Assembly: GCA_963840035.1 (NCBI GenBank)
Contig: CAWIXE010000001.1
Span: 864,001-928,000, forward strand
Direction: 5' to 3'
Length of the DNA: 64,000 nt
Origin: a candidate division FCPU426 bacterium
GTDB lineage: Bacteria > Oederibacteriota > PGYV01 > Palsa-1178
Shown here: positions 1-10,600 of the stretch, one piece after another
Layout: every line of letters starts with the position of its first letter
Position numbering within the stretch: position 1 is the first letter of the stretch
Position numbers and translations under genes: made by a program
Notes under the pieces: model-generated
What the model saw: the letters and a program-made list of their open reading frames with translations, nothing else
The model's database searches: none
Told to the model about the DNA's origin: nothing

Positions 1-1
1 C

Positions 2-1396
2 GTCATAGCCTACGCCGGGTCGCCTGACTTTAACGACAAGGAACACGCCGGCGAGATAGACGGCGCGAACATTTACCGCTCGCCCGGGTCTGCTTTAAAA
101 CCGCTGCTTTACGCCATGGCGCTTGATAAGGGCATCATCACCCCGAAAAAAATAACATACGACATACCCGTGGAATACGACGGGTATAACCCGGCGAACG
201 CCCAGAAAAAATTCTTCGGCATGATAACTGCCCAGGAGGCGCTGCGACACTCATATAACTCCATAGCCGTTTACCTGGAAAATGAGCTGGGAAAGGATGG
301 GCTCTTAAAGTGCCTGAAGAAAAACGGCTTTACCGACATGAAAAGGAACAACATAGTGCCCGGTCTTTCAGTGGTGCTTGGCACATACCCCATGACGCTG
401 GAGGAACTGGTTACCATATTTTCAGCCCTGGCAAACAATGGCGAGATGAAAAAGTTAAAATACATATCCGAGCAGGAAAATAAAAAGGAAAAGCCTGTGA
501 GGCTTGTTTCGCCTGAGAGCGCTTATATAATATCTGAAATGTTAGCCGGGGGCGAGAGGCCTGATTTGCCGCAGTCCTGGGAGTTCACTTATTACAGGGG
601 CAAGGTCGCCTTTAAGACGGGGACCTCTTTCGGGCTGGTGGACGCGCTTTGCGTGGGATATACGCCGGACTATACCGTGGGCGTGTGGCTGGGAAACGCG
701 GACTGCACGCCGTCGCATGAGTTAGTGGGCATTCGCGCCGCGGCGCCGCTCATGATGGATATTTTTAACGGCCTGGTCAGGCACAAGGATTCGTGGTTTG
801 ACAAACCTGCCGGTGTGGATACGAGGAAGATTTGCCCCGTGTCAGGGGACGCGCCCGGGCCATACTGCAAAAACACCGCTGACGACATGTACATAAAAGG
901 GACGACAGGAAACATAACCTGCAGCGTACACAAGGAAATATATATAAATAAAAAAACCGGCTTAAGGGCCGACCCGGCGCACATGAAATCAGGCGCGGGC
1001 AATTACACGAAAAAAACAGTGGAAGACTGGCCGCCTGTGGCAGCGGCATTTTTAAGGCAGACGGGCGGTATGTTGGCGGAAATCCCGCCGTATGGCAGGG
1101 ACGAAGCTCCGGACGGCTCCAACTCAAAACCTGAAATAACCAGCCCCGTGGAGGGCAACATATATTTTTTAAACGGCGCCATGCCGGAAAAATACCAGAA
1201 AATCCCGCTTAAAGTGGCTGTGGCAGGCGGGGCAGAGTCAAAGGTATTCTGGTTCGCGAACGGAAAGGTCATAGCACAGGGAAGCGCGGATAAACCCTAC
1301 TTTTTTAAGCCGGAGCCCGGGGAGTATAAAGTATCGGTGCAGGATGCCACAGGGGAGTCGGATTCGGTGAGGTTTAAGGTGTATGAAGGCAAGTGA
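2..1396 (+). CDS. pbpC: Penicillin-binding protein 1C, 5'-partial (runs off window start)
   Basis: The frame is open from position 2. It carries RSPGSALKP (SxxK), SYN (SxN) and KTGTS (KTG) motifs, plus the Cys-rich ICPVSG segment and C-terminal Ig-like domain typical of PBP1C. Confidence 0.9.
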   Translation, partial: VIAYAGSPDFNDKEHAGEIDGANIYRSPGSALKPLLYAMALDKGIITPKKITYDIPVEYDGYNPANAQKKFFGMITAQEALRHSYNSIAVYLENELGKDGLLKCLKKNGFTDMKRNNIVPGLSVVLGTYPMTLEELVTIFSALANNGEMKKLKYISEQENKKEKPVRLVSPESAYIISEMLAGGERPDLPQSWEFTYYRGKVAFKTGTSFGLVDALCVGYTPDYTVGVWLGNADCTPSHELVGIRAAAPLMMDIFNGLVRHKDSWFDKPAGVDTRKICPVSGDAPGPYCKNTADDMYIKGTTGNITCSVHKEIYINKKTGLRADPAHMKSGAGNYTKKTVEDWPPVAAAFLRQTGGMLAEIPPYGRDEAPDGSNSKPEITSPVEGNIYFLNGAMPEKYQKIPLKVAVAGGAESKVFWFANGKVIAQGSADKPYFFKPEPGEYKVSVQDATGESDSVRFKVYEGK

Positions 1397-1482
1397 ACAG
1401 CGGGTAGTGGGTGGGAAATACGTTGTATGAAAAAAAGCAGGGGGCAATTCACGAATTGCGCGACATTGAAAAGGCGGGAAAA

Positions 1483-2628
1483 ATGAAAATAAAGGTTTTG
1501 CTGATTTCTGTTTTTATTCTCCTTTCAGGCATCGTTTATGCAGGGGATGTGCGGGTAAGGGTGTTTTGTAAATATGAAGTGGATAACCTGCGCATAAGCG
1601 CCGCTAATAATGGAACGCATGAGAGCGCATATTTAAAACTTGATAATGGGGCTATAAAAGCCGGGCCGGGATGCAAAGGCAGCAGTTCCGCAGGGAACAG
1701 GCTTTTTTGGCCAAAGAATAAGGACGGATATTTATTGCGGTACGGCAGCGAAACGCGTTTAATACCCGGGGCTGTGGAAGTAACATTGATGCCGGGTGAA
1801 GATGGAATGGTAATCATAACCACAATGGACACAGAGGACTACGTGCCCTGCGTTCTTTCCTCGGAAATGGACGCAGCCATTTATAAGCCTGAGCTGGCAA
1901 AAGCCTTTGCCGTCACAATACGCACATTCGCGAAGAACAATAACAGACGGCACAAGGGGTATGACTTCTGCGATCTAACGCACTGTGAGGTTTTTAAAGG
2001 CGTCCCTCCCGATAAAAAGATGTGGTACAGGGCCTCAGGGGATACGAAGGGCCTGGTGCTTACGGGCCCCTGCGCGAAAGAGGCGGTATATTTTTCCGCG
2101 TGCTGCGGCGGTGTTACTGAAAACGCCGGCGAGTTTGCCAAGGGCAGGGCGGACAAGTGCGGGCTAAGCAAGCCTGATGTTTTTAACGGGAAGAATTTAT
2201 GCGAAAGCCACAGGTATTTTTCATGGGTAAAGCGGCTTAATAAAAGTGATGTGGAAACGGCCCTTAAAAGTTTCACTACAGATAAGGATATAAAAATAAC
2301 CAGCATGAAGATTACGGCAAAGTCAGCCGCAGGCAGGGTTAAGGTAATTGATTTTACATATGAGGCAGAGGGCCTGCAAAAGCACGCAGCAATAGACGCA
2401 AATAAGTATTTTTCGGCCTTCGGCAAGATAGCAGGCTGGGCGCTGGTGCCTTCGAAGTGGTTTGATGTGAAGAAAGAAGGCAACGGATTTATATTGACAG
2501 GCCATGGCCACGGGCATGGGGTAGGTTTGTGCCTTCAGGGCGGGTATACACTGGCTGGGATGGGGAAAAATTACAAAGAGATACTGGCGTTTTATTTTCC
2601 GGATCTGAAAATAGGGTGGGAGTTTTAA
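1483..2628 (+). CDS. SpoIID/LytB domain protein (secreted)
   Basis: Motifs EDYVPCVLSSEM, KAFAVTIRT, YDFCDLTHCEVF, GHGHGHGVGLC and YKEILAFYFP. ATG 1483 gives a signal peptide. Confidence 0.85.
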   Translation: MKIKVLLISVFILLSGIVYAGDVRVRVFCKYEVDNLRISAANNGTHESAYLKLDNGAIKAGPGCKGSSSAGNRLFWPKNKDGYLLRYGSETRLIPGAVEVTLMPGEDGMVIITTMDTEDYVPCVLSSEMDAAIYKPELAKAFAVTIRTFAKNNNRRHKGYDFCDLTHCEVFKGVPPDKKMWYRASGDTKGLVLTGPCAKEAVYFSACCGGVTENAGEFAKGRADKCGLSKPDVFNGKNLCESHRYFSWVKRLNKSDVETALKSFTTDKDIKITSMKITAKSAAGRVKVIDFTYEAEGLQKHAAIDANKYFSAFGKIAGWALVPSKWFDVKKEGNGFILTGHGHGHGVGLCLQGGYTLAGMGKNYKEILAFYFPDLKIGWEF

Positions 2629-2686
2629 GGGTTCATCTTCTGAGAGAGCAAGCCCCTTCTCTACGAAACATAAGCAGGTCCGGGGT

Positions 2687-2777
2687 ATAAATATTTACAA
2701 CCACTGTTGAGACATCCCTTGCGGGCGTCTCAAGGCAAGGGCCTGCGTCTGAGACGGGCACGAGGCCCGTCTCTACG
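2687..2777. repeat. REP-like palindrome pair (GTAG/GAGACG family)
   Basis: Hairpins GAGAC...GTCTC and GAGACGGGC...GCCCGTCTCTAC. The leader ATAAATATTTACAACCACTGT is shared with the tandem units at 63761-64000. Confidence 0.75.
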
Positions 2778-2872
2778 GGGACCACTTTTATTTGCCAAAA
2801 ACATCAATTATTAGGTATAATACTATTTACTTGATCAAATCCCGCAGCGGCAAACTGCGTAAAAGGTGAAAA

Positions 2873-4699
2873 ATGGAACACAACACATACAATTACTTCC
2901 TGAGTTCAAAAACAGCAGCGCAATGGAAAAAATTCGGCATTTCACGCCGGGCGGGAGTGCTGGCGCCCTTGTTTTCCATTTACTCCGAGAATTCCTGCGG
3001 CATCGGCGAATACCCCGATATAAAGCTCCTTGCCGACTGGTGCGTCAAGTGCGGCATGTCCATAGTTCAGCTCCTGCCATTAAACGACACGGGGTATGAT
3101 TTTGCCCCTTATTCCTGCCAGTCAACTTTTGCCTTAGAGCCCATGTACCTGCGCATGGCGGATATAAAAGGGGTAAAGACCCATGAATTTGACAGGGAAA
3201 TGCAGCATGTCTTCGGCAGATGCAAGGCCGGGGAAAAGCGCGTGGATTACTCCATAAAGAAAAAGAAACTCGGCGTGCTCTGGAAGATGTTCGAGTCACT
3301 GAAGGAAGACGCGCCGGAATTCATAAAATTCAAAAAAACAAACAAGTTCTGGCTGGATGATTACGCCGTTTATAAGGTTTTAAAGGATAAATCCAACCAG
3401 GCCTCTTGGGAATCATGGGAAGAAAAATATAAATATAAGGAAGCCGGCGCCATAGAGGATTTTGTCATGGCCAATGACGAGGAAGTGAATTTTCACAAGT
3501 GGCTCCAGTGGCAGATACACATCCAGTTTTCCGCGGTCAAGGAGTACGCCAACTCAAAGGGCGTTTTCATACAGGGCGACCTTCCTTTCCTCGTGGCGCG
3601 CGATTCCGCGGACGTGTGGTCGCACCAGAATTATTTCAAGCTCGATGTTTCCTCGGGGGCGCCGCCTGACATGTACTTCGCAAAGGGGCAGCGCTGGGGA
3701 ATGCCCACGTATAACTGGGAACGCATAAAGGCGAAAGGCTTTGATTATCTCCAGGAAAAAGTCAGGTTCGCGCAGAATTTCTACGACATGTTCCGCATAG
3801 ACCACTTTGTCGGGCTCTTCAGGCTCTGGACAATAAAACTTGATGAGCCGGCCGACACTTTCGGCCTTAACGGTTTTTTTGACCCTGAAGACGACAATAC
3901 ATGGAAAGAGCACGGACAGATGATACTGGAGGCAATGACCGATAATACAGACATGCTGCCGTGCGCCGAGGACTTAGGCGTGGTTCCGGCATGTTCATAT
4001 GAAACACTCAAGGAATTTGCCATACCCGGCATGGACGTGCAGAGGTGGACGCGCGACTGGGGAAACACATATGACTTTAAAGCGCCGGACAAATACAGGG
4101 AAAACTCAATATCAATAATATCAAGCCACGACATGTCGCCTCTTACGCTGTGGTGGGAACATGAAGCCTCCACAGTGGACGCGCTGCTTGTGGAAAAGAT
4201 TTGCAGGGAAAATGATTTCGGTCTGGATCAGGTGCACTTCCATCTTTTTGACATGAGCCGCTCAACAAAGGACAGGCTGCGCTGGTATACGGATGTAAAT
4301 ACCCCGGACGAAGCGCTCCGGCGCCTGAATAAGGCCAGGGATGAAGCCTGGATGTTCTACGACATGCACAGGGAATCATACGACGAGAAAAAGAAATTCT
4401 GGGAATATATCGGGTTAAAGGGCGAACCTCGCGATAAGGCGGACAAGGAATTTGTAGCCGCGGCCATAAGGAAAGTATCGTCCACGAAGTCGGTTTTTTC
4501 CATACAACTGCTCCAGGACTGGATGTCGCTGGGTAATTATTTCGACAAATGGGACATCAGGGACATCCGTGTAAACGTCCCCGGCACCATGGACGCCACA
4601 AACTGGTCCATAATAATGCCCATACCGCTGGAAGCCATGCTGGCCATGGAGATCAATATGGAAATAGCCGCCATCAATAAGGAAGCGGGAAGGGTTTAG
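2873..4699 (+). CDS. malQ: 4-alpha-glucanotransferase (amylomaltase, GH77)
   Basis: RRAGVLAPLFS, QLLPLND, GDLPF, GAPPD..GQRWG.P.Y, FRIDH, AEDLG, SHD and RVNVPGT motifs. Confidence 0.92.
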   Translation: MEHNTYNYFLSSKTAAQWKKFGISRRAGVLAPLFSIYSENSCGIGEYPDIKLLADWCVKCGMSIVQLLPLNDTGYDFAPYSCQSTFALEPMYLRMADIKGVKTHEFDREMQHVFGRCKAGEKRVDYSIKKKKLGVLWKMFESLKEDAPEFIKFKKTNKFWLDDYAVYKVLKDKSNQASWESWEEKYKYKEAGAIEDFVMANDEEVNFHKWLQWQIHIQFSAVKEYANSKGVFIQGDLPFLVARDSADVWSHQNYFKLDVSSGAPPDMYFAKGQRWGMPTYNWERIKAKGFDYLQEKVRFAQNFYDMFRIDHFVGLFRLWTIKLDEPADTFGLNGFFDPEDDNTWKEHGQMILEAMTDNTDMLPCAEDLGVVPACSYETLKEFAIPGMDVQRWTRDWGNTYDFKAPDKYRENSISIISSHDMSPLTLWWEHEASTVDALLVEKICRENDFGLDQVHFHLFDMSRSTKDRLRWYTDVNTPDEALRRLNKARDEAWMFYDMHRESYDEKKKFWEYIGLKGEPRDKADKEFVAAAIRKVSSTKSVFSIQLLQDWMSLGNYFDKWDIRDIRVNVPGTMDATNWSIIMPIPLEAMLAMEINMEIAAINKEAGRV

Positions 4700-4804
4700 T
4701 TTTTAAATTAATTGCCAATTAAAAATGACTGTTAAAAGAAAAAATAGGTTACCTAAATCATTTGACTAACAACCTGCGCACATTCTATAAGCCGAGGTGT
4801 TTTT

Positions 4805-7420
4805 GTGGTACAGCAAAACGCAAGCCAGGCAATAAAAAAAGAGCGCGGGATAAACGCGGTGAAACCGCAGGTATATGATTTTGAGCCGTCGGAAGCCGCG
4901 CTGGAAACAATTTTTGGAAGCCTTAGAACCGCGGAAAAGGGGCTGTCAGATAAAGAGGCGGCATCCAGGCTCCATGAATACGGGTATAACCAGCCTGCCA
5001 GGAAAAAAGAACTCGGCATCGCGGCGCAGATTCTCGCCAAATTCATAAATCCACTTGTTGTTGTCCTGCTTATAATAGGCGGGCTATCCCTTTTTTTTGG
5101 AGAAATAATAAGCGCCGTACTTGTCCTTGCCATGATAATACTCTCCGTATTCCTCAGTTATTTTCAGGAGTACCGTTCCGGTAAAGAAGTGGAAAAACTC
5201 ATGGAAATGGTAAAAACAACCACTACTGTTTACAGAAACGGCAAACCCAGGGAAGTAAACATCATGGAAATAGTGCCAGGGGATATTGTCGACCTGTACG
5301 CGGGCGACATGATACCTGCGGATTTGCGCATTATTTCATGCAAGGACCTCTTTATTAACCAGGCGACGCTGACCGGCGAATCCATCCCTGTGGAAAAGAC
5401 CTCAAAACCCATGGATAAAAAACCAGGGTCTATCGCCGAGATGACAAACCTTGCTTTCATGGGGTCGTCAGTTGTAAGCGGCACCGGCCTTGGCGTCGTA
5501 GTCCATACCGGGCTTTATACGCAGTTTGGGGAGCTTTCAAAGAGGCTCTCGACCATGGTGGCGGAGTCGAGCTTTGACAAAGGCGTAAATAAATTCACAT
5601 GGTCCATGATACAGGTCATGGTCGTGATGGTGGTCGTGATTTTCGCCATAAACTGGGGATTAAAGAAAAATTTTCTTGAGGCGCTTATGTTCTCCCTGGC
5701 TGTGGCAGTGGGATTGACGCCGGAAATGCTCCCGCTTATCATCACCATAAACCTTTCAAAAGGCGCCATTCAGATGGCAAAGAAAAAAGTTATAGTAAAG
5801 CGGCTTAACGCCATCCAGAACCTGGGCGCCATGGATATTCTCTGCACGGATAAAACAGGCACGATCACCATGGATAAGGTCGTGCTGGAAAAATACTGCG
5901 ACGTAATGAGGCACGACGACAAGGACGTGCTCCGGCACGCGTGCTTAAACAGCTATTATCAGACGGGGTTAAAGAACATCCTGGACCGAGCCATATTGAA
6001 ATACGCCAACAAGCAGGAGGGCTTTGACATCACAAGTTTCAAGAAAGTCGACGAGATCCCCTTTGATTTTTCCAGGAGGATAATGTCCGTGGCTGTGGAG
6101 ATGGAGGGCAAGACCAGGCTCATATCCAAGGGCGCGCCTGAGGAGATTTTCAAGCGGTGCACGAGATACGAACTTGACGGGGACATACTGGAGATGGAGT
6201 ACCTGATACTCGCCGACTTAAAAGACGAGTACGACAGGCTCTCGGCGGACGGCTTCAGGGTGCTGGCAATCGCGTACAGGGATTTTGACGGCAGTAAAAC
6301 AGACCTCGCGCGCGACGACGAGAGTTCCCTCATACTCAAAGGCTATGTGGCTTTCCTGGACCCACCCAAGGCAAGCTCTGAGAAGGCCATCAAGATGCTG
6401 CGCCACTACGGCGTGCAGGTAAAAGTTTTAACAGGGGACAACGAGCTCGTAAGCAGGAAAATATGCGGCGACGTGGGGCTTGATGTGAAGGGCATGATAA
6501 CAGGCGACGCCGTGGATAAGATGGACGACATACAGCTGCAGTCGACAGTGGAGATTACTACGGTGTTTGCCAGGCTATCGCCCGTACAGAAGGAACGCGT
6601 CATACACGCGCTCCACGCAAACAAGCACATAGTGGGTTTCATGGGCGACGGCATCAATGACGCGCTCGCCTTAAAAGCAGCGGACGTCGGCATATCGGTC
6701 AATAACGCGGTGGATATCGCGAAAGAATCCGCGGACATAATACTGCTTGAGAAAAAACTTTCGGTGCTTGAAGACGGGGTCATAGAGGGCAGGAAAACTT
6801 TCGGGAACATTACGAAGTACATAAAGATGGCCTCATCGTCAAACTTCGGCAACATGCTATCCATGACAGGAGCCTCATTATTCCTGCCGTTTTTGCCCAT
6901 GACCCCGATACAGGTACTGTTTAATAACTTCCTTTACGACATATCGCAGACAGCCATACCCACTGACGAGGTGGACGAGGAATACATAAAGTCGCCAAGG
7001 CCGTGGAATGTCTCGGCCATCAGGAAGTACATGTTCTTCATAGGGCCGGTGAGTTCCATATTTGACTTTGCCACGTTTGCCGTGATGATTTTCATCTTCA
7101 ACTGCACCGCGGCCACGCAGGGTCTTTTCCACACGGGCTGGTTCATAGAGTCGCTCGTGTCACAGACGCTGGTGATTTATATAATAAGGACGGCAAAGGT
7201 ACCCATAGCACAGTCCAGGCCGAGTAAATTCCTGGTTTTTACAACGCTTGCCATAATAGCAGCAGGAATTATAATCCCATTTACGCCCATGGCGCACTGG
7301 TTCGGTTTTGAACACCCGCCGGCAAAATACTTCATAATACTTGAACTTCTGATAGCCGCGTATTTGTTCCTGGTTTACTACGTGCAGAAATTCTTTATAA
7401 AGAAGTTCGGGGCGGACTAA
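4805..7420 (+). CDS. mgtA: Magnesium-translocating P-type ATPase
   Basis: TGES, AVGLTPEMLP, DKTGT, KGAPEE, GDGIND and SSNFGN motifs, with MgtA-type C-terminal TM segments. Confidence 0.93.
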   Translation: MVQQNASQAIKKERGINAVKPQVYDFEPSEAALETIFGSLRTAEKGLSDKEAASRLHEYGYNQPARKKELGIAAQILAKFINPLVVVLLIIGGLSLFFGEIISAVLVLAMIILSVFLSYFQEYRSGKEVEKLMEMVKTTTTVYRNGKPREVNIMEIVPGDIVDLYAGDMIPADLRIISCKDLFINQATLTGESIPVEKTSKPMDKKPGSIAEMTNLAFMGSSVVSGTGLGVVVHTGLYTQFGELSKRLSTMVAESSFDKGVNKFTWSMIQVMVVMVVVIFAINWGLKKNFLEALMFSLAVAVGLTPEMLPLIITINLSKGAIQMAKKKVIVKRLNAIQNLGAMDILCTDKTGTITMDKVVLEKYCDVMRHDDKDVLRHACLNSYYQTGLKNILDRAILKYANKQEGFDITSFKKVDEIPFDFSRRIMSVAVEMEGKTRLISKGAPEEIFKRCTRYELDGDILEMEYLILADLKDEYDRLSADGFRVLAIAYRDFDGSKTDLARDDESSLILKGYVAFLDPPKASSEKAIKMLRHYGVQVKVLTGDNELVSRKICGDVGLDVKGMITGDAVDKMDDIQLQSTVEITTVFARLSPVQKERVIHALHANKHIVGFMGDGINDALALKAADVGISVNNAVDIAKESADIILLEKKLSVLEDGVIEGRKTFGNITKYIKMASSSNFGNMLSMTGASLFLPFLPMTPIQVLFNNFLYDISQTAIPTDEVDEEYIKSPRPWNVSAIRKYMFFIGPVSSIFDFATFAVMIFIFNCTAATQGLFHTGWFIESLVSQTLVIYIIRTAKVPIAQSRPSKFLVFTTLAIIAAGIIIPFTPMAHWFGFEHPPAKYFIILELLIAAYLFLVYYVQKFFIKKFGAD

Positions 7421-7433
7421 TAACGATTACACA

Positions 7434-7501
7434 AATTACCAATTACTAATTACTAGGGAAAACGTCTTTTATTTGTAATTAGTAATTTGTAATTGGTAAT
7501 T
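7434..7501. repeat. Palindrome built of AATTAC[CTA] heptamers; probable terminator after mgtA
   Basis: AATTACC AATTACT AATTACT ... TGTAATT AGTAATT TGTAATT GGTAATT. Confidence 0.65.
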
Positions 7502-7650
7502 AAAGGATTTTCGTTAAATAATCCCAATTTTGAACGGGTTTTATGGAATTCCGTAACTTTGCCACTTTCAATTTGTCTTAAATATGGCTGTATGCTATAC
7601 TTATAACACTGAATTTAACCGATTAACTTGTGTATAGGAGATTGCGGAAT

Positions 7651-10600
7651 ATGAAAAGGCATTTCATTTTAATCGCACTCATTTTCAATTTTATATTTTC
7701 AATTTTCAATTATTCCTTTGCAGATACCTGCACCATGCCTTTCCCCCAGAACGCTACATACCCATATGGCATAAAACCTGACAACTATACGCAGTCACAG
7801 ATGGCCCAGCATTGTCTGGATTGGTATAATTTATGGCGCGCTAAGTATGTCACAAACAACGGGTGCAACGCAGGGGAATACCGGCTGCAAAGGACAGAGA
7901 CAGGGGACCTGGTATATAACATTAATAACGATACGGTCAGTGAAGGTATCGGATATGGCATGGTCATCATGGTTTACATGTCTTCTGCTACAAATAATAC
8001 AAAGCAGTATTTTGACGGGATGTGGAATTATTACTGGCGCTACAGGAACGGCAACAACCTCATGAACTGGAGGATAAACGGCGCAGGAGGACAGGCGCCA
8101 AACGGCGCCAACGGCGCGACTGATGCTGACGAGGATGTGGCATTCGCCCTCATCGCAGCTGACAAGCAGTGGGGGTCAGGCGGCGTTATCAACTATAAGC
8201 AGAAAGCTACGGACCTGATTGGAGAGATACTCTCACATGAAATAGAAGCTGATTTTGACATAAGGCCGGGTGACGGATGGGATTACGGCAACCCGTCCTA
8301 CTTCGCCCCGTATGAATACAGGATGTTCGGGGACTATACCGCGAATAACGCCTGGTATAACGCGGCAACCCACACATACAATACGATTGTAAAATATTAT
8401 TACAACTCACCACTGACTTATAATTCCGGGCTTGGCATATCAACAGGGTTACAGCCAAACTGGTGCGCTTATGACGGCACGCCGCAACACGCGGGCGGGT
8501 ACCCGACAGACAGCCAGTTCTGGTGGGACGCATGCAGGCACCCGTGGAGGCAGAGCTATGATTACCTGCTTTACGGCACGCAGAACCACCAGCTTGCCTA
8601 TGATAATAATTACAGGATATCATATTTTTTTAAGACCAAATATGCCGGCGACCCGAGCCTGATATTGTCACACTATAACTTAAACGGGACAGAGATGACA
8701 TGGAAGACATCGGACCATCCGGAAAATGATTATGACACCGCCCACCCACACACCGACCTGGCATTAGAGGATGTAATGAACCTGCCTGGCGTGGTCGGGG
8801 CAATAGGAATCGCATCCATGGTTGAAGGCGACCAGGACTGGACCAACAGCCTGTATGACAGACTCGTTAACATGGATGCGGGAAACGGGCCCGGGCAGCT
8901 TACGGAAACGAATATAAGCTGGGGGACTGACTACTTTTGCGATATTTTAAAAATGCAGTACCTGCTGATAATGACAGGCAACATGCCAAACCCGCTCGGG
9001 AATTATCCGTCGCCGACGCCCACAAATACCTGGGACATATTGCAGCCCACATATACTGCGACACCTGTCGTAGGCCAGGGTATGTTTGATGACTTTGAAA
9101 CAGGGTCACTTAAGAACCTGGACCTGCCCGCGGCACAGACAGGGTTTACCGGAGTGATAAATTCAGGCGACCTGCCGTATACCGGGACAAGGTCCGTAAA
9201 AATTACATCAGTAAACAACGGCTGGGGAGGTTTCGGGATAGACTCGCCGTACGCCGGGGCTTCAGGATACAGAAATTTTTCAGGCGCTACAGCCATCGAG
9301 TTTGACATACGCTCATCGGCGGCGCTCACATTTTTCATAAAAATCATAGAAAATAACGGGGAAGAGTGGTCGAACAGGGGCGCGACCAGGTCAATAACCG
9401 CAAATACATGGACACATATAACCATCACTATAGCCAGCCTTGCCGTGGATTATGTTGTTGGCGATAATGTAAAAGACCTGTCCGTAATTCAAAAATTCTT
9501 TCTTCAGACTAATACGCCGCCGGGAGCCGCCATTTACATAGACAACATACAGTTCACAGGGCCGATTGCTACATATACCAGAACCGTAACAGCCTCCCCG
9601 ACCAAAACACCATTTGGGACAAAGACCATAACACCGACCTTCTCAAAAACGGCAACAAACACGCCGTATTTCACGCCGACAATAACACCCACTTTTACTG
9701 CAACCGGCACGGACACGCCGTATTACTCGCCTACAAACACACCCACGTTCACATCCACCGTCAGCGTGGCTTTCGGAATATTTGACGATTTTGAGACCGG
9801 AGTTCTTGAGTCGCCTGACCAGTCAACCAGCGGATGCGCCCCGGAATACAGCAACAGCACCGCGAGGCCCAATACGGGCAGCAGGTCGCTTTTGTCGCCT
9901 TACACCGCGTGCCAGCCTGGCGGATGGGGTTCATATATAGCCATAGGCTCTCCTTATAATACAGCCACGGACCCTGATTTTTACAGGGACTTTACAGGCG
10001 CGACAGCCATAGAGTTTTATATATACGCCCCCGCTAATACAAACTTTTTCATAAAACTGGAAGAGTGGGATTCCGGCATGGGCGGAACAAACCCGGATGG
10101 CGAGGATTGGTATAATAAGGCTTCGACCACAATAACCGCGGGACAAGCCAATATCTGGACAAAGATAACATACAACCTTACCACCGGAGCCACGGGGATT
10201 TTCGGGCAGTATGGAAGCTCCGGAAGGCAGGGCGGCAATGGGGCGCTGAACTTAAGCGGCATTGAAAGGGTCGGTTTCCAGTTCAACGGCGGTACCACCG
10301 GCCCCATTTACATAGACAACATTAAATTCACGGGAATGTCCACTCCGACATATACACGCACGCCTTCATACACAAGGACATCAACAAGGACGCCTTTGAT
10401 AACTCCGACATTTACAAAAACTTCCACGGGGACACCGACCACGGAGGACACCGCCACGCTTACCGGAACGCCGTCGAGGACATATACCGCCACATTTACG
10501 GCGACAAATACTCCGCAGCAGCCGACAAATACTTTTACCATGACATATACCGCCACGGCCACTTATATCATAATGGTCTATTCACCGACATTCACACCGA

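Noticed and set aside
4700..4804. Mg2+ riboswitch (M-box) or leader peptide upstream of mgtA
   Set aside because: The intergenic region is only ~105 bp and AT-rich, with no recognisable aptamer or Pro-rich leader.
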